A stretch of DNA of 40,407 nucleotides from the sequence record SRR2962707_3351, one strand, 5' to 3'. Below are positions 39,624 through 40,407 of the stretch, in pieces (position 1 is the first letter of the stretch; each line of letters starts with the position of its first letter). Below the pieces are notes generated by a model. The model worked only from the letters and a program-made list of their open reading frames with translations. It was not told where the DNA came from and made no database searches. Made by a program: the position numbers and the translations under genes.

Positions 39624-39741
39624 TCGTTTTTTTTCTGCATTTAGTGCAGAAAATTCAGACACTGCTGGCCTCTATTTGGGTCATTGATTTAAAATACCCG
39701 CACCATTTCCCCCAAAACTACCAAGTGAGGCAATACTCGAC

Positions 39742-40407
39742 ATGCTAACCCTGCATGGTTCCGCAGCGCTATCAGCGTTTCGCAAGGCAAAGTTGTTGGC
39801 CAACATGAAAGCATCTGTACCATCCGTAACGGACGTAGATGCGCAATTTCTTCATTTTGTTGAATTGCATGACGGCCAAGCGCTTTCTACAGAACAAGAA
39901 ACCGTTCTTCAGCGCGCTTTAGCCTACGGTCCTAAATCCTCCCAAGTCAGTTCATCTGAGCAAAGTGTATTAGTCGTTCCTCGTTTAGGCACGATTTCAC
40001 CTTGGTCTTCAAAAGCAACCGATATTCTTCACAACTGTGGTCTAGCGACCGTGTCTCGTGTTGAACGTGGTGTGGAGTATTTCATCCACAGTGCGTCACC
40101 ATTGACACTGAATGAGCTGGATCTGTTGTCAGAAATGTTGCATGACCGTATGACAGAAAGCGTGCTTCCGGCATTGAGCGACGCGTCTGACATGTTCTCT
40201 CATGCAGAGCCTGCACCAATGACTGCGGTCGATGTGTTAGCGGGCGGACGAGCGGCGTTGGTTGAGGCAAACCAAACGCTAGGCTTGGCCTTGGCAGACG
40301 ATGAAATCGATTACCTTGTGGCATCTTTTATTGAGTTGGGCCGTAACCCAATCGACATCGAGTTGATGATGTTTGCGCAAGCAAACTCTGAGCATTGTCG
40401 TCACAAA
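39742..40407 (+). CDS. purL: Phosphoribosylformylglycinamidine synthase, 5' part (runs off the window; absent from the ORF track)
   Basis: My translation: [14 protein letters not shown]..., [41 protein letters not shown]. Confidence 0.97.
   Translation, partial: MLTLHGSAALSAFRKAKLLANMKASVPSVTDVDAQFLHFVELHDGQALSTEQETVLQRALAYGPKSSQVSSSEQSVLVVPRLGTISPWSSKATDILHNCGLATVSRVERGVEYFIHSASPLTLNELDLLSEMLHDRMTESVLPALSDASDMFSHAEPAPMTAVDVLAGGRAALVEANQTLGLALADDEIDYLVASFIELGRNPIDIELMMFAQANSEHCRHK

Overview
A 40.4-kb, mostly core-chromosome window from a gammaproteobacterium. The gene order is Pseudomonas/Oceanospirillales-like; Marinomonas is my guess and is not established. Core genes: ribB(X)-ribH-nusB, thiL-pgpA, a probable holD-rimI-DJ-1 group, carA-carB-greA, dksA-gluQ-cbrB-like-pcnB-folK-panB-panC-pgi (minus strand), lptF-lptG divergent from pepA-ORF-valS, a csp gene, a CBS gene, tadA and the 5' part of purL. 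Three accessory patches interrupt the core: (i) MFS + YkgJ; (ii) acetoin reductase, a DUF6314-like gene and an ABC pair; (iii) between greA and pgi, a frameshifted nitroreductase, a deleted Fic relic, yefM-yoeB, a Fur-boxed cupredoxin/FTR1/P19 iron-uptake trio and phnA. The most striking signal is an unannotated CrcZ-like decoy sRNA of about 300 nt between the sigma54 activator and pcnB. It has a -24/-12 promoter, an IHF-like site, GTAACA/TGTTAC enhancer subsites, five AAN-repeat tracts and mutually exclusive 3' helices. Its adjacent activator has a degenerate receiver domain and no neighbouring CbrA kinase. A very acidic ORF upstream of valS has a PopZ-like architecture. All calls are by eye from motifs and synteny; no database searches were run.
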